Below are positions 11,157-21,249 of a stretch of 64,000 nt of DNA, one piece after another. Each line of letters opens with the position of its first letter. Position 1 is the stretch's first letter. Source of the DNA: Nitrospirota bacterium (GTDB taxonomy: Bacteria; Nitrospirota; Thermodesulfovibrionia; Thermodesulfovibrionales; UBA9159); the NCBI GenBank assembly GCA_963699545.1, contig CAVOUE010000010.1, forward strand, positions 32,001 to 96,000. The letters run 5' to 3'. The translations under genes and the position numbers were made by a program. Below the pieces are notes generated by a model, which saw only the letters and a list, made by a program, of their open reading frames with translations, did no database searches and was not told where the DNA came from.

Positions 11157-11182
11157 GTGCTACTACATAAAGGGAGAGTGAC

Positions 11183-12634
11183 ATGGGCGATTACGACTTC
11201 GACATAGGCATTTTGGGAGGCGGGGCGGCCGGATTGACCGTTGCATCGGGAGCTGCGCAACTGGGAGCGAAAACCCTCCTCATCGAAAAGGACAGGAGAC
11301 TGGGAGGCGACTGCCTCCATTTCGGTTGTGTACCGAGCAAGACCCTCATCAGAACAGCCGGGGTTTATCATCTCATGAAGAGGGCCCGGGACTTCGGGCT
11401 TCCTCCCGTGAAGGTCCCGCCCGTGGATTTCAGCGAAGTTGCAAAGAGGATACAGTCCGTGATCAGCATCATCCAGAAACATGATTCGGAGGAACGGTTC
11501 TGCAGGCTGGGGGCAAGAGTGGAATTTGGAGGGGCAGAGTTTGCAGACGAGCATTCCGTCAGACTGAACGGAAAAACCTATTCCGCCAGAAATTGGGTGA
11601 TCGCAACAGGCTCCTCCCCTTTCGTCCCTTCCATCACGGGACTCGACTCAACTCCCTTCATAACAAACAGGGATATCTTTTCTCTGGGCAGCCTCCCCGG
11701 GTCCATGATCATTCTTGGGGGCGGGCCGGTGGCCATCGAGATGGCGCAGGCGTTCTGCAGGCTGGGGACAGCGGTATCAGTGATCCAGCGCGGCAAACAG
11801 ATACTGAACAGAGAAGATAAGGACATGGCAGACCTCGTGATGAACATACTCAACAGGGAGGGGGTGACCTTTTATCTCAATGCTTCCGTTATCAGCACGC
11901 GGGATGCAGGAGATGGGAGAGAGGTGCTCATAAGGACTGCCGAAGACAAGACGCTCACCTTAAAGAGCGAGACCATCCTTGCAGCCATGGGGAGAGAGGC
12001 CAATGTCAACGGACTGGGGCTGAAGGGTATCGGCGTGGCATTTGACAACAGGGGGATAAGAGTTGATGACCGTATGAGAACAACGCATAAGCATATCTAT
12101 GCGGCTGGGGATGTCACCGGCGCGTATCAGTTCACCCATGCGGCCGGATATGAGGGAGGCATTATTGTGAGCAACGCTGTTTTCCATCTGCCCCGGAAGG
12201 CCGACTACACGTTCTTCCCGTGGTGCACCTATACTGATCCCGAACTGGCGAGCATCGGGATGAACGAGCGGATGGCTGAAGATGCCGGGATTCGGTACTC
12301 GGTCTGGACAGAGGAATTCAGGACCAATGACAGAAGCATTGCAGAGGGAGAAGAGACCGGCAGGATCAAGATGCTCCTTGGTGCCCGGGAAAAACCTCTG
12401 GGTATCCAGATCCTGGGACCTCATGCCGGGGAATTGATCAGTGAATGGGTGGCAATCACCAACGGGAAGGTCGGACTCACGACCCTGGCCTCCGCCATCC
12501 ATCCTTACCCCACGCTCGGGGAGATCAACAAAAAAGTGGCCGGGACCTTCTTCGCAAGCAAGATATTTTCTGACAAGGTCAAGAAAGGGCTGAAATTCTT
12601 CTTCCATCTCAAGGGAAGGGCATGCGGCGAATGA
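11183..12634 (+). CDS. Pyridine nucleotide-disulfide oxidoreductase (Lpd/mercuric reductase-like family)
   Basis: GGGAAG FAD motif, GGDCLHFGCVPSK redox disulfide, GDV, HPYPT. Confidence 0.9.
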   Translation: MGDYDFDIGILGGGAAGLTVASGAAQLGAKTLLIEKDRRLGGDCLHFGCVPSKTLIRTAGVYHLMKRARDFGLPPVKVPPVDFSEVAKRIQSVISIIQKHDSEERFCRLGARVEFGGAEFADEHSVRLNGKTYSARNWVIATGSSPFVPSITGLDSTPFITNRDIFSLGSLPGSMIILGGGPVAIEMAQAFCRLGTAVSVIQRGKQILNREDKDMADLVMNILNREGVTFYLNASVISTRDAGDGREVLIRTAEDKTLTLKSETILAAMGREANVNGLGLKGIGVAFDNRGIRVDDRMRTTHKHIYAAGDVTGAYQFTHAAGYEGGIIVSNAVFHLPRKADYTFFPWCTYTDPELASIGMNERMAEDAGIRYSVWTEEFRTNDRSIAEGEETGRIKMLLGAREKPLGIQILGPHAGELISEWVAITNGKVGLTTLASAIHPYPTLGEINKKVAGTFFASKIFSDKVKKGLKFFFHLKGRACGE

Positions 12635-12752
12635 GCGCGGTCCTTTGTTCTTTTTCTCTGCGGAAATGCACTACCATGGTGAAGACTGATCGGATCAGAG
12701 GGGGACGGTGATGGGCTGCCCGGCCACACAAGGTAGCGGGGGAAATGTCCCC

Positions 12753-13748
12753 ATGGATCATTCTTCCGTGAAGTTCGAGGAAAGGATACGCAGCGTCAGG
12801 CCCGGACCCCTGAGGTCTTCCGGCATCGAAATACTTCAGGTGAACCTTGGCTACCGGTGCAACATGTCCTGCACGCACTGTCACGTGGAGGCGGGTCCCG
12901 GCAGGAACGAGGAGATGGACAGGGATACCATCGAGACCGTGCTCTCGGTGTTGGGGGAAAACACCATCGGCACCCTCGACATCACCGGGGGCGCTCCCGA
13001 GTTGAATCCCCATTTCAGGTACCTCGTGGAAGAAGCAAAGGCCATGGGCTGTGCTGTCATCGTACGCACAAATCTCACTGTCTTCTTTGAAAGGAGGATG
13101 GAGGGCCTGCCGGAATTTTACAGCAGCCACGGTGTTGAGGTGACTGCCTCCCTGCCCTGCCACCTTGAAACGAACGTAGACAGGGTGAGGGGAGAGGGAA
13201 CCTTCGAAAAATGCATAAAGGCCCTTCAGAGGTTAAACGCCCTCGGTTACGCTGATGGTCTGTCGAACAACAAACTGAACCTCGTCTACAATCCCTCGGG
13301 GGCTTTCCTGGCCCCCCCACAGAAAACGCTGGAGGATGATTACAGGCGGGAGTTGAAAAAAAGGTTCGGGGTCTTGTTCGATCATCTCTATACCTTTGCC
13401 AATATGCCTATAGGACGGTTCAGGGACCATCTGGTCCGTACCGGAACTCTTGAAACGTACATGGGAAACCTCAGGGGCGGTTTCAACCCCGAAACCCTTG
13501 ATGGACTGATGTGCAGGCACCTGATCAGCGTCCGTTGGGACGGAATGCTCTTTGACTGTGACTTCAACCAGGTTCTCGGCGTTCCTGTGGCAGATGCTCC
13601 CCGGCACATCCGGGGATTTGATTACTCAGCGCTCAAGGACAGAAGGACGGCGGTGGGGGACCACTGTTACGGCTGCACGGCAGGCCAGGGTTCCACCTGA
13701 GTGGGCGCTGTAGCGCAGAAGGCAGGTCGCCTTCTCCGGAGAGCGTAA
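12753..13748 (+). CDS. arsS: Arsenosugar-biosynthesis radical SAM protein ArsS, probable selenoprotein (UGA 13698-13700 read as Sec)
   Basis: QVNLGYRCNMSCTHCH, ITGGAPE, LMCRHLISV, DCDFNQ, HCYGCTAGQGST-UGA-VGA...; readthrough reaches TAA at 13746-13748, close to the next gene. Confidence 0.85.
13717..13735 (+). promoter_or_regulatory. Putative bacterial SECIS hairpin
   Basis: AGAAGGC-AGGTC-GCCTTCT perfect 7-bp stem with a GG-containing loop, starting 16 nt after the UGA. Confidence 0.7.
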
Positions 13749-13758
13749 TGACCGTCGT

Positions 13759-14463
13759 ATGCCGGACAACGGACAGATGAGACACGGCATTTCGGTAATC
13801 GTCCCTGTATGGAAAGAAGCGTCCATCATCGCCCAGTCCATCAGCCGCATCCTCGATCTGGACCCTGATGGCGGTCTTGAGGTTATCGTTGTGGACGGCA
13901 GTCCTGACGGCGAGACGCTGCACTCGATCCGGGAAGGAAGGGTGAGAAAGTACACCGCCCGGAAAGCGCGGTCCGTGCAGATGAATACGGGAGCTTCCCA
14001 TGCCTCACGGGAAATCCTCCTGTTCCTCCACGCTGACACGATGCTCCCTGAAGGCGCATTGCAGAGAATTTCTTCGCTCATTGACAGGGGAGACGTGGTG
14101 GGCGGAGCCTTTGATCTCGGGATCGATTCTGAGAGACCGATCTTCAGGATAATAGAAAACGCCGCCGCCCTTCGCTCCAGGATCCTGCGGATCCCCTACG
14201 GCGATCAGGCAATATTTATCAGGAAGGATTACTTTCACGCCATAGGCGGGTTCAGGGAAATACCTCTCATGGAAGACGTGGAGCTGATGAGACGTATCAA
14301 GAAGGCGGGCGGCAGGATCGGTATCATTCGTGAGAAAGTGAAGACATCTCCCCGGAGGTGGGAAAAGGAGGGTGTCCTGTCTTGCACACTGAGGAATTGG
14401 ACCCTGATCTCCCTCTATCTCCTCGGCGTTTCGCCGGAGAGGCTGGCTCGGTTCTACCGGTGA
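13759..14463 (+). CDS. TIGR04283 arsenosugar-biosynthesis-associated GT2 glycosyltransferase
   Basis: ISVIVP, VVDG, FLHADT, PYGDQAIF, IPLMEDVE, TSPRRW. Confidence 0.88.
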   Translation: MPDNGQMRHGISVIVPVWKEASIIAQSISRILDLDPDGGLEVIVVDGSPDGETLHSIREGRVRKYTARKARSVQMNTGASHASREILLFLHADTMLPEGALQRISSLIDRGDVVGGAFDLGIDSERPIFRIIENAAALRSRILRIPYGDQAIFIRKDYFHAIGGFREIPLMEDVELMRRIKKAGGRIGIIREKVKTSPRRWEKEGVLSCTLRNWTLISLYLLGVSPERLARFYR

Positions 14464-14475
14464 AGCGGTAGTCCC

Positions 14476-14721
14476 CTATTCCCTGTTTTCTTCGAGTTTC
14501 TTCAGAAGGTCCTTCTTCCTGATCCGTCCGTGGAGAGTTGAGCCGTCTTTGAATTCGAACACGGGGATATCGAACCGGTAGAGTTCGTAGAGGGTATCGT
14601 CGGAATCTATGGCAACCTTTTGCACAAGGATGCCGTACCTCTCCCTGAGTCCGTTCACCATCTCTTCAGCGGTATCGCAGAGCCAGCATCCCTCTTTAAA
14701 ATAGAACGTCAGCCTGACCAT
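14476..14721 (-). CDS. Glutaredoxin-like protein (DUF836 type)
   Basis: FYFKEGCWLCD CxxC motif, YRFDIPV; about 81 aa from ATG 14721. Confidence 0.8.
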   Translation of the reverse strand: MVRLTFYFKEGCWLCDTAEEMVNGLRERYGILVQKVAIDSDDTLYELYRFDIPVFEFKDGSTLHGRIRKKDLLKKLEENRE

Positions 14722-14862
14722 GTTTGCCTGATCCTCTCTCTTATCTGCTTTGACGGCGCGTGCTGCATCTAAGATAAATAATATTATATGTGGCGAGCGC
14801 TTTTTTCCAGCGGGACGAGACACGATGAGCGGCTTTCTTGTTCTTCCCTGGGCTGGCAGGCA

Positions 14863-14907
14863 CGAAGGAGCACTGCAGCATCCTTTGACGCACTGCAGGG
14901 CTCCTTC
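14863..14907. terminator. Hairpin downstream of the exported-protein gene
   Basis: GAAGGAGC-A-CTGCAG ... CTGCAG-G-GCTCCTTC inverted repeat. Confidence 0.5.
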
Positions 14908-14926
14908 ATTTCCGCATCTGCTTCGT

Positions 14927-15547
14927 TTATTTCTTTTGCGCTTTTTCGACAGAAACTCCGAGGGATTCGGTATAGGTGATCACCACCTGGTCGCCTACCT
15001 TCACATTGTCAAGCCTCTTGGGGTCCTTGATCTTTATCTCTTTTGTGTTGCCTTCCGGGCCTTTGAGGGTCACCGAGGGCTTCTTCTTGTCCATCGCCTG
15101 GACTGTGGCGGTAAAGGTTACCACATTCGCCACAACAGCCGCCGGCTTTTGGCCCGGCTTGGCTCTCTCGGTTATCTGTGCCTTTGTGACCCCGGGGGTT
15201 GGTTCTCCGGGCTTCTTCACTTCAACCGCAAGAGACTCATAATATTTCACCACCACCTGGTCACCCACTTTGACCTGGGCCAAATTCTTCACTTCCTCAC
15301 CTGCCTTGAAGGTGAAGGTATTGCCCTTCGATCCTTTGAGCGTCACCATACGGCTCGCAAGGTCGATCGCCTCAACGGTAGCCGTCGCGGTAACAAGCTC
15401 TGAGGTTACGTAATACGGCTTCTTCACCTCCGCAGCTGCCTTCTCCTTGGCAGGGGCTGATTCTGTTTTCTTCTCCGCAGCCATTGTCGTCCCCGCAAAT
15501 GCCAGGGTGAGGACTGCAACCAGGAACACAATAAATACTCTCTTCAT
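14927..15547 (-). CDS. Exported protein with two internal beta-rich repeats
   Basis: Signal peptide MKRVFIVFLVAV; repeated TATVxAxD...VTLKG...VKVGDQVV.xYxESL units. Confidence 0.75.
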   Translation of the reverse strand: MKRVFIVFLVAVLTLAFAGTTMAAEKKTESAPAKEKAAAEVKKPYYVTSELVTATATVEAIDLASRMVTLKGSKGNTFTFKAGEEVKNLAQVKVGDQVVVKYYESLAVEVKKPGEPTPGVTKAQITERAKPGQKPAAVVANVVTFTATVQAMDKKKPSVTLKGPEGNTKEIKIKDPKRLDNVKVGDQVVITYTESLGVSVEKAQKK

Positions 15548-15816
15548 GAAAACTCCTCCTTTTATGGGATTTTGACCCATAGTGTACATTATCCGAACGG
15601 CCCGCGTCTTGAAAAACATCTCTTAAGAGCACAATCCGCTTTTTGTCGGAAGGTTTTGATTCAGTAGACGAACGGCCCGACTGAAGATCCTGAGGCCGAC
15701 GCCCTCTCTCCCAGGGGGGCTCTGGCTCAGCCCCAGGTAACGTGCTGGTCCGACTAACAGGACGTTCATTCTATTGTTGTCCTGAGTACTGCCGTACGCA
15801 GGATCGGTCATTCGTC

Positions 15817-17313
15817 TTACCTGCCGCCGGCATGGCAGTCGCTGCAGTTCATCTCTTTATAGGAATCCCCTATATCGACCGGGTGGGGATATGCCGCAAA
15901 GGTAAACACCGCCTGCCCCTTTGGCCGGTCAACATTGTGCGCCAACAGAAGATGACAGGTGCTGCAGTCCTTTGACAACACCTTGCCGTCCTCACTCACA
16001 TGTTTGCCGTCATGGCAGCGGAAACAACCCAAAGAGTACATGTGACCGGCATTGTCCGGAAAATGCTTCCAGCTCACTTTCATAACGGGATCATAGTTGC
16101 GGTCATAGACATTCTGCAGTCCCGTAATGGCCTGCTCGATCTTGTCCCTATTTGAAGAGGCAACTTCCGGATAGGTCTTTTGATAGAATTCCATGATCAT
16201 GTGTTTAATACCATCACGCGCTGCCTGTCTGGAAGTGTACGTGTTTTCCAACGCCTTGACCGCAATGCTTTTCACTTCCGGAAGCGACGGATCGATTACT
16301 TTCCCCTGGAGGTAGGTGTTTACCAGCGTGGCCGGATGGCGGTAAGGATGTCCTGTTCTATTGTGACAATCGACGCAGTCCATAAGGCGTTTCTCTGCAC
16401 CATTCAACTCTTTGTCAGTGATCTTACTTTCGGTGCTGCGATAGATGCGAAGCTTCCCGTCGAACCCCGTCACCTGGACCCAGGGGATCACCATCCTTTT
16501 CGGGTCTGTGGCAGCATACCTGATTTCTTTTACAACAGTGTAATGCCAGTGAATCTTTGAGGGCTTGTCTGTCTCAACGCGGCCTGTTCCCATTTTGAGC
16601 AAGAGGTCTATTGTCCATGTTGTATTCTGTCTGTCGGAGAGAAAGTGAGCCCTGAACAATAATTTCTCGCTGGGCTGGTATTTCGGCCCATGACACGTTT
16701 CACAGACATCCTGTGAAGGCCTTAAGTTCTCCACCGGCACGGGAATAGGTCTCTGATATTTGTTGAACACAAGGGCATAAAGCTGGCGCGTCCCGTTCAG
16801 CTTTGCGAGAAGAAAATACTTGGCACCGGATCCCACGTGGCACTCTACACAACCAACCTCAGCGTGGTATGAGAAAGAGTGGGCAGTGCTTTCCGGCCCC
16901 ATGACCCTGTGACAGAGCATGCCACAGAAGGTGTTGGATTCCACATACTCATAGGCCTTGAAGCTTGCAAATGCATACAGCAACGACAGGAGAACGAAGC
17001 CGCCTCCCAGGACGGCCATCAGGGTGCGGTGCTTGGAATCATTGAAATCAATGATGGGAAGGCGCCCTTCAGCGGGTTCCCCTGCCCTCAGCCTGCGCCG
17101 TTCACGAACAATCCCGATAACCACAAGAGCCAAACCACAGATTACAATGATCGGAAGAATGATGAAAATAATGACGTCGGCATACGGCTTGGGATGCTTG
17201 GTAAGCATCTCAAAAACGATGAGAAAGGCGATGAGTCCTGCGTTGAACAGGGCAATCACCGCGCCAACAAGGGAAAGGGGGTTATAGAATACCTTCGGGA
17301 ATATCTTTCTCAT
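15817..17313 (-). CDS. Membrane-anchored multiheme cytochrome c, NapC/NirT-like N-terminal part
   Basis: Three N-terminal hydrophobic helices; CGMLCH plus CVECH, CETCH, CVDCH, CFRCH, CSTCH, CSDCH. Confidence 0.9.
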   Translation of the reverse strand: MRKIFPKVFYNPLSLVGAVIALFNAGLIAFLIVFEMLTKHPKPYADVIIFIILPIIVICGLALVVIGIVRERRRLRAGEPAEGRLPIIDFNDSKHRTLMAVLGGGFVLLSLLYAFASFKAYEYVESNTFCGMLCHRVMGPESTAHSFSYHAEVGCVECHVGSGAKYFLLAKLNGTRQLYALVFNKYQRPIPVPVENLRPSQDVCETCHGPKYQPSEKLLFRAHFLSDRQNTTWTIDLLLKMGTGRVETDKPSKIHWHYTVVKEIRYAATDPKRMVIPWVQVTGFDGKLRIYRSTESKITDKELNGAEKRLMDCVDCHNRTGHPYRHPATLVNTYLQGKVIDPSLPEVKSIAVKALENTYTSRQAARDGIKHMIMEFYQKTYPEVASSNRDKIEQAITGLQNVYDRNYDPVMKVSWKHFPDNAGHMYSLGCFRCHDGKHVSEDGKVLSKDCSTCHLLLAHNVDRPKGQAVFTFAAYPHPVDIGDSYKEMNCSDCHAGGR

Positions 17314-17421
17314 GTTTCTCCTTTGGAGGTTGTCGCCGGAGCCCGGAGGCGTTCCCCGTTACAAGAAACACCTCCGGAGTTCAGATGGCCTCTCTGTCCT
17401 CAGTACTTCAAATCCCCTTCA

Positions 17422-17982
17422 TCAGCTAACGCGCTGCATGACGGTGCTCCCGTTTCCGTAATCTATGATCAGCTTCTTCCCGTCCAAAGTGAATGTGGCG
17501 TTCACGACGTAATCCGCCCCGCTGATGATCAGCGTCGATCCCACGATGCGGTAACGTTCCGTTGAAGTGTCGACCATCCCGTCCATGTTCGTCTTCGTCG
17601 TCACAACGGTGCCGTCATGCCTGAAATGAGTAACGATTGACTTATGGCGCTTCTCAGGCTTCGGCGTAATACTGATGACCTGCCACGTAGAGCCACCAAG
17701 CGGCCTGGTCTCCTCTTCGCGGACAGCGCGCCGCTGTTCGGCATCCTTTTTGTCCTGTTCATTGCCTATGAGGTATCCAACTCCCGCACCGACACCTGCT
17801 CCGATCAGCGCTGTAGCTCCCCAGGAACCATGCATGTTCGCCAGCCCTCCGATGAGCGCACCCGCTCCGGCGCCTGCAAGCGCACCTGTCTCACCTTTTG
17901 TTGCACAACCAGTGCCCAGCGATACCGTAAGAACCATTCCCAAAATGCAGATGATGCTCACTAACTTCTTCCCTTTCTCCAT
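17422..17982 (-). CDS. Lipoprotein with glycine-zipper region
   Basis: Lipobox-like GTGC, then GALAGAGAGALIGG / GAGVGAGVG. Confidence 0.75.
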   Translation of the reverse strand: MEKGKKLVSIICILGMVLTVSLGTGCATKGETGALAGAGAGALIGGLANMHGSWGATALIGAGVGAGVGYLIGNEQDKKDAEQRRAVREEETRPLGGSTWQVISITPKPEKRHKSIVTHFRHDGTVVTTKTNMDGMVDTSTERYRIVGSTLIISGADYVVNATFTLDGKKLIIDYGNGSTVMQRVS

Positions 17983-18345
17983 TCCTGCCTCCTCTCGAAG
18001 CGATATTGCATAACTCCAATAGAGTCACTTTCCCGCGCCAGAAGAATGCCGCACCGGGACTCATCCGCTGAAATCACCACGGTGCCGCATCCCTCATCAT
18101 TCTCAATTACATTTTATTGCAGAACAGGGAATGTTGCAAGTCCAGTTGCCCGGCGCCCACTTCAAGCCGGCAGACTCGGCCCTTTTGTCAGGCAAAAAAC
18201 GTTTGCTCGGGATATCGTGTCTTCTCCCCTTGGTGGCAAAGTCATCGGCATTGGTATAGGATATACTTGAGTGACAGAGGTGGACAGCCGAGGGAGGCAG
18301 ATCCGTGATCGTAAGGCGATTCGAGAGATATGGACAGGGTGAACA

Positions 18346-19887
18346 GTGAACAAAAAAGTGACCGTTGACGATATGCCCGCAGTTGCCACTTCAAAGAGAG
18401 GATCCGGCATCCTTTTACATATCACTTCTCTTCCCTCGCCGTATGGGATCGGCGATATGGGACCAAGCGCCTGTGCGTTTGCCGATTTTCTTGTTCAGGC
18501 CAGGCAGCGCATCTGGCAGGTCCTGCCCCTCAACCCGACTGATCCTGCCTATGGGAATTCTCCTTACAGCAGCATGTCAGCTTTTGCGGGGAATAAACTT
18601 CTCATCAGCCCTGATCTCCTGATCGAAGATGGTCTCCTTTCCCAGGCGGACCTCGAACCCGTTCCCGGGTTTCCGGACGGCCGCTGCGATTTCGCCTCAG
18701 TGATCTCGTACAAGGGCAGATTGCTGGAACAGGCCTACCGGCACTTCATAAAGAACGGGGAAAAGCGGGAATCCTTTGACGCGTTTTGTCGGGAGAATGG
18801 CTCCTGGCTGGACGATTTTTCCCTCTTTACCGTCATAAAAGATCACCGTGCAGGAAGAATATGGAATCAATGGCCTCAAGAACTGAGAGACCGGAGCCCC
18901 CGATCCCTTGAGACAATAAAGAAAGACCATTACGAAGAGATGGAGAAAGAGAGATTCTGGCAATACCTTTTCTTCCAACAGTGGAACAGGCTGAAGGCGT
19001 ATTGCGGGGAGAAAGGCGTGCAGCTGTTTGGGGATCTCGCTCTCTATGTGAGCTTCGACAGCGCCGATGTCTGGACAAACCCCGGTCTTTTCAAACTGGA
19101 CAGGGCAAAGAGACCTGTTTTCGTCTCGGGTGTTCCCCCCGACTATTTCAGCACTACAGGACAATTGTGGGGCAATCCCGTTTACCGCTGGGACGTTATT
19201 AGACAGGGGGGATACCAATGGTGGATACGACGGATGATCCATCATCTCGGGCTTTTTGATGTCCTGAGGATTGATCATTTCCGTGGCTTGGTCGCCTACT
19301 GGGAAATCCCCGCAGGAGAGAAGACAGCGATGAACGGGAAATGGGTGAAAGTTCCGGTGAAAGATCTCTTCAAGACCCTCAGGAAATGTTTGCCGAAACT
19401 CCCTCTTGTTGCAGAAGATCTCGGTCTGATTACCCCTGATGTCAGGGAAGTCATGCAATGTTTGGGCCTTCCGGGGATGAAGGTCCTCCTTTTCGCCTTC
19501 GGAGAAGACAACCCTGAGCATCCGTATCTGCCGCACAATTATGAGAAGGATTTCCTGGTCTATACCGGCACTCATGACAATAACACTGTCCGCGGTTGGT
19601 TCGAGCATGAGTCATCACCGGATGAAAGGAAAAGGCTTTTCCGTTACCTTGGACGGGAGGTGTCTGTTGAGGAGGTCCATTGGGAATTGATCAGGTTAGC
19701 CATGATGTCTGCAGCAAATCTCGTCATTATGCCCATGCAGGATATCCTCGGCCTCGGGGCTGAAGCGCGGATGAACCGGCCCTCGGTCGCGCAGGGCAAC
19801 TGGGAATGGAGGGTCCTGCCTGAACACCTGACTGCGTCTGTCTCGGAAAGGCTGCGGGAGATGACAGAGACTTATGGCAGGGGTTAG
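18346..19887 (+). CDS. malQ: 4-alpha-glucanotransferase (amylomaltase)
   Basis: GILLHITSLP, WQVLPLNP, GVPPDYFS, RIDHFRG, AEDLG, YTGTHDNNT. Confidence 0.95.
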   Translation: MNKKVTVDDMPAVATSKRGSGILLHITSLPSPYGIGDMGPSACAFADFLVQARQRIWQVLPLNPTDPAYGNSPYSSMSAFAGNKLLISPDLLIEDGLLSQADLEPVPGFPDGRCDFASVISYKGRLLEQAYRHFIKNGEKRESFDAFCRENGSWLDDFSLFTVIKDHRAGRIWNQWPQELRDRSPRSLETIKKDHYEEMEKERFWQYLFFQQWNRLKAYCGEKGVQLFGDLALYVSFDSADVWTNPGLFKLDRAKRPVFVSGVPPDYFSTTGQLWGNPVYRWDVIRQGGYQWWIRRMIHHLGLFDVLRIDHFRGLVAYWEIPAGEKTAMNGKWVKVPVKDLFKTLRKCLPKLPLVAEDLGLITPDVREVMQCLGLPGMKVLLFAFGEDNPEHPYLPHNYEKDFLVYTGTHDNNTVRGWFEHESSPDERKRLFRYLGREVSVEEVHWELIRLAMMSAANLVIMPMQDILGLGAEARMNRPSVAQGNWEWRVLPEHLTASVSERLREMTETYGRG

Positions 19888-19894
19888 AAAGTGT

Positions 19895-21235
19895 TCAGTG
19901 CCTCAACCAGGAAAGGGCTAAAATATAGAGAGATGAGGCTGCCAGTTGACAGAGGGTAATCGGCAGGCCGATACGCAGAAATCTCACGAATGTCACCCGT
20001 GAGCCCTCACGCGCACATATGCCTGCGCTCACTATGTTGGAGGAGGCGCCGATCAACGTCGCATTACCCCCGAGCGTCCCGCCGAACATCATGGCGATAA
20101 AGACCGGTACCACGACGGTCGGCCAGTCAGAAAAGCCTGCAGCAAGCGCTGTTTCAGGGACCGCCTCAACCGCAACCAGGTACCCCTTCGTCATGACGAG
20201 CGAGGCCGCAACGACCGGGATGTTGGCGAGCAGGCTTGAGAGCATCCCGACGCCCGCCAACAGGGTAAGCGCAACAAGCGTGAACTCCTTCCCGAACCAT
20301 CCTGAGAGCTTCAGGGCCATTCCCTGCAAAAGTCCTGTCTTGACGAACCCCTCCACAAGACAAAAGATCAATGCGATGAACAGGAGCGATTTCCAGTCGA
20401 TGTCGCGGATAACGTTGTCGAGCGGCTCAACGCGCATTCCGTAAACCACAAGCAGAGCGAGCGTGGCGGCGATTATCGCGACCTCAGGCGGCACGATCCT
20501 CCCCGGCAGGTCCTCGCCAAGCACAAAAAGAACAATCATCAGCAGCAGCACCCCTAGGGAGAGGACCACGAATCTTGGCCGTTCAATGGGAGCGCGTGTT
20601 TTCTCCACGGGCAAGGCACGCCGGACGCTCCAAATCTCCGGCATCAGCAGAGGGAGGAGAGGTACTATGACCAGCATGGAGAGCAGCCCTCCGAGGCTGA
20701 CCTGTCGAAGATACTTCCCAAAGGTCATGCCTATCGAACTGCCAACGAGGAAGGTGGCAGGATCTCCCACGAGCGTGAGCAGGCCTGCCGAATTGCTGAT
20801 GACCGCCGCAAGCACCATCGGACCGACAAAATCCACTTCAAGGGCCCGGGCTACGCCGATGATCACCGGCGCGAGCAAGATCACCGTTGTCGCATTCGGC
20901 AGGAATGCGCAGACCGGCCCGATCAGCAGCATGAGAAGCAGCAAATAGCGTTTACCGCTGCCCCGGGTGGCATGGAGGAAACGATCGCCGAGGCGTTCGA
21001 ATATCCCGGTTTTCGCGAGAACTCTGGCTACGACCATGCCGCCGAAGAGCAGAGATAGCGCACCTCCCCCTGTCCTCATCGCATCGAGGATCTCCTTCCC
21101 ACTGAGGATCTCAAAGAGCATCATCAGGCAAACACCGAACAGTGCCGCGACCACCATGTCGACAATGTCGAACGCTATCGCGAGGATTACGGCTGCAAAG
21201 ATGCCGATCGTGAGGTATATCTGGAAGTCAGTCAT
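19895..21235 (-). CDS. ArsB/NhaD/SLC13 (IT superfamily) permease
   Basis: AFLPNATTV, TLVGDPAT, LGGNATLIGASSN repeats; many hydrophobic helices. Confidence 0.85.
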   Translation of the reverse strand: MTDFQIYLTIGIFAAVILAIAFDIVDMVVAALFGVCLMMLFEILSGKEILDAMRTGGGALSLLFGGMVVARVLAKTGIFERLGDRFLHATRGSGKRYLLLLMLLIGPVCAFLPNATTVILLAPVIIGVARALEVDFVGPMVLAAVISNSAGLLTLVGDPATFLVGSSIGMTFGKYLRQVSLGGLLSMLVIVPLLPLLMPEIWSVRRALPVEKTRAPIERPRFVVLSLGVLLLMIVLFVLGEDLPGRIVPPEVAIIAATLALLVVYGMRVEPLDNVIRDIDWKSLLFIALIFCLVEGFVKTGLLQGMALKLSGWFGKEFTLVALTLLAGVGMLSSLLANIPVVAASLVMTKGYLVAVEAVPETALAAGFSDWPTVVVPVFIAMMFGGTLGGNATLIGASSNIVSAGICAREGSRVTFVRFLRIGLPITLCQLAASSLYILALSWLRH

Positions 21236-21249
21236 GGACTCGCCTATCC

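Noticed and set aside
11183-12634. Calling the flavoprotein merA, or reading its TGA stop as Sec
   Set aside because: It lacks the C-terminal Cys-Cys pair and mer neighbours. The TGA falls at the normal end with no convincing SECIS.
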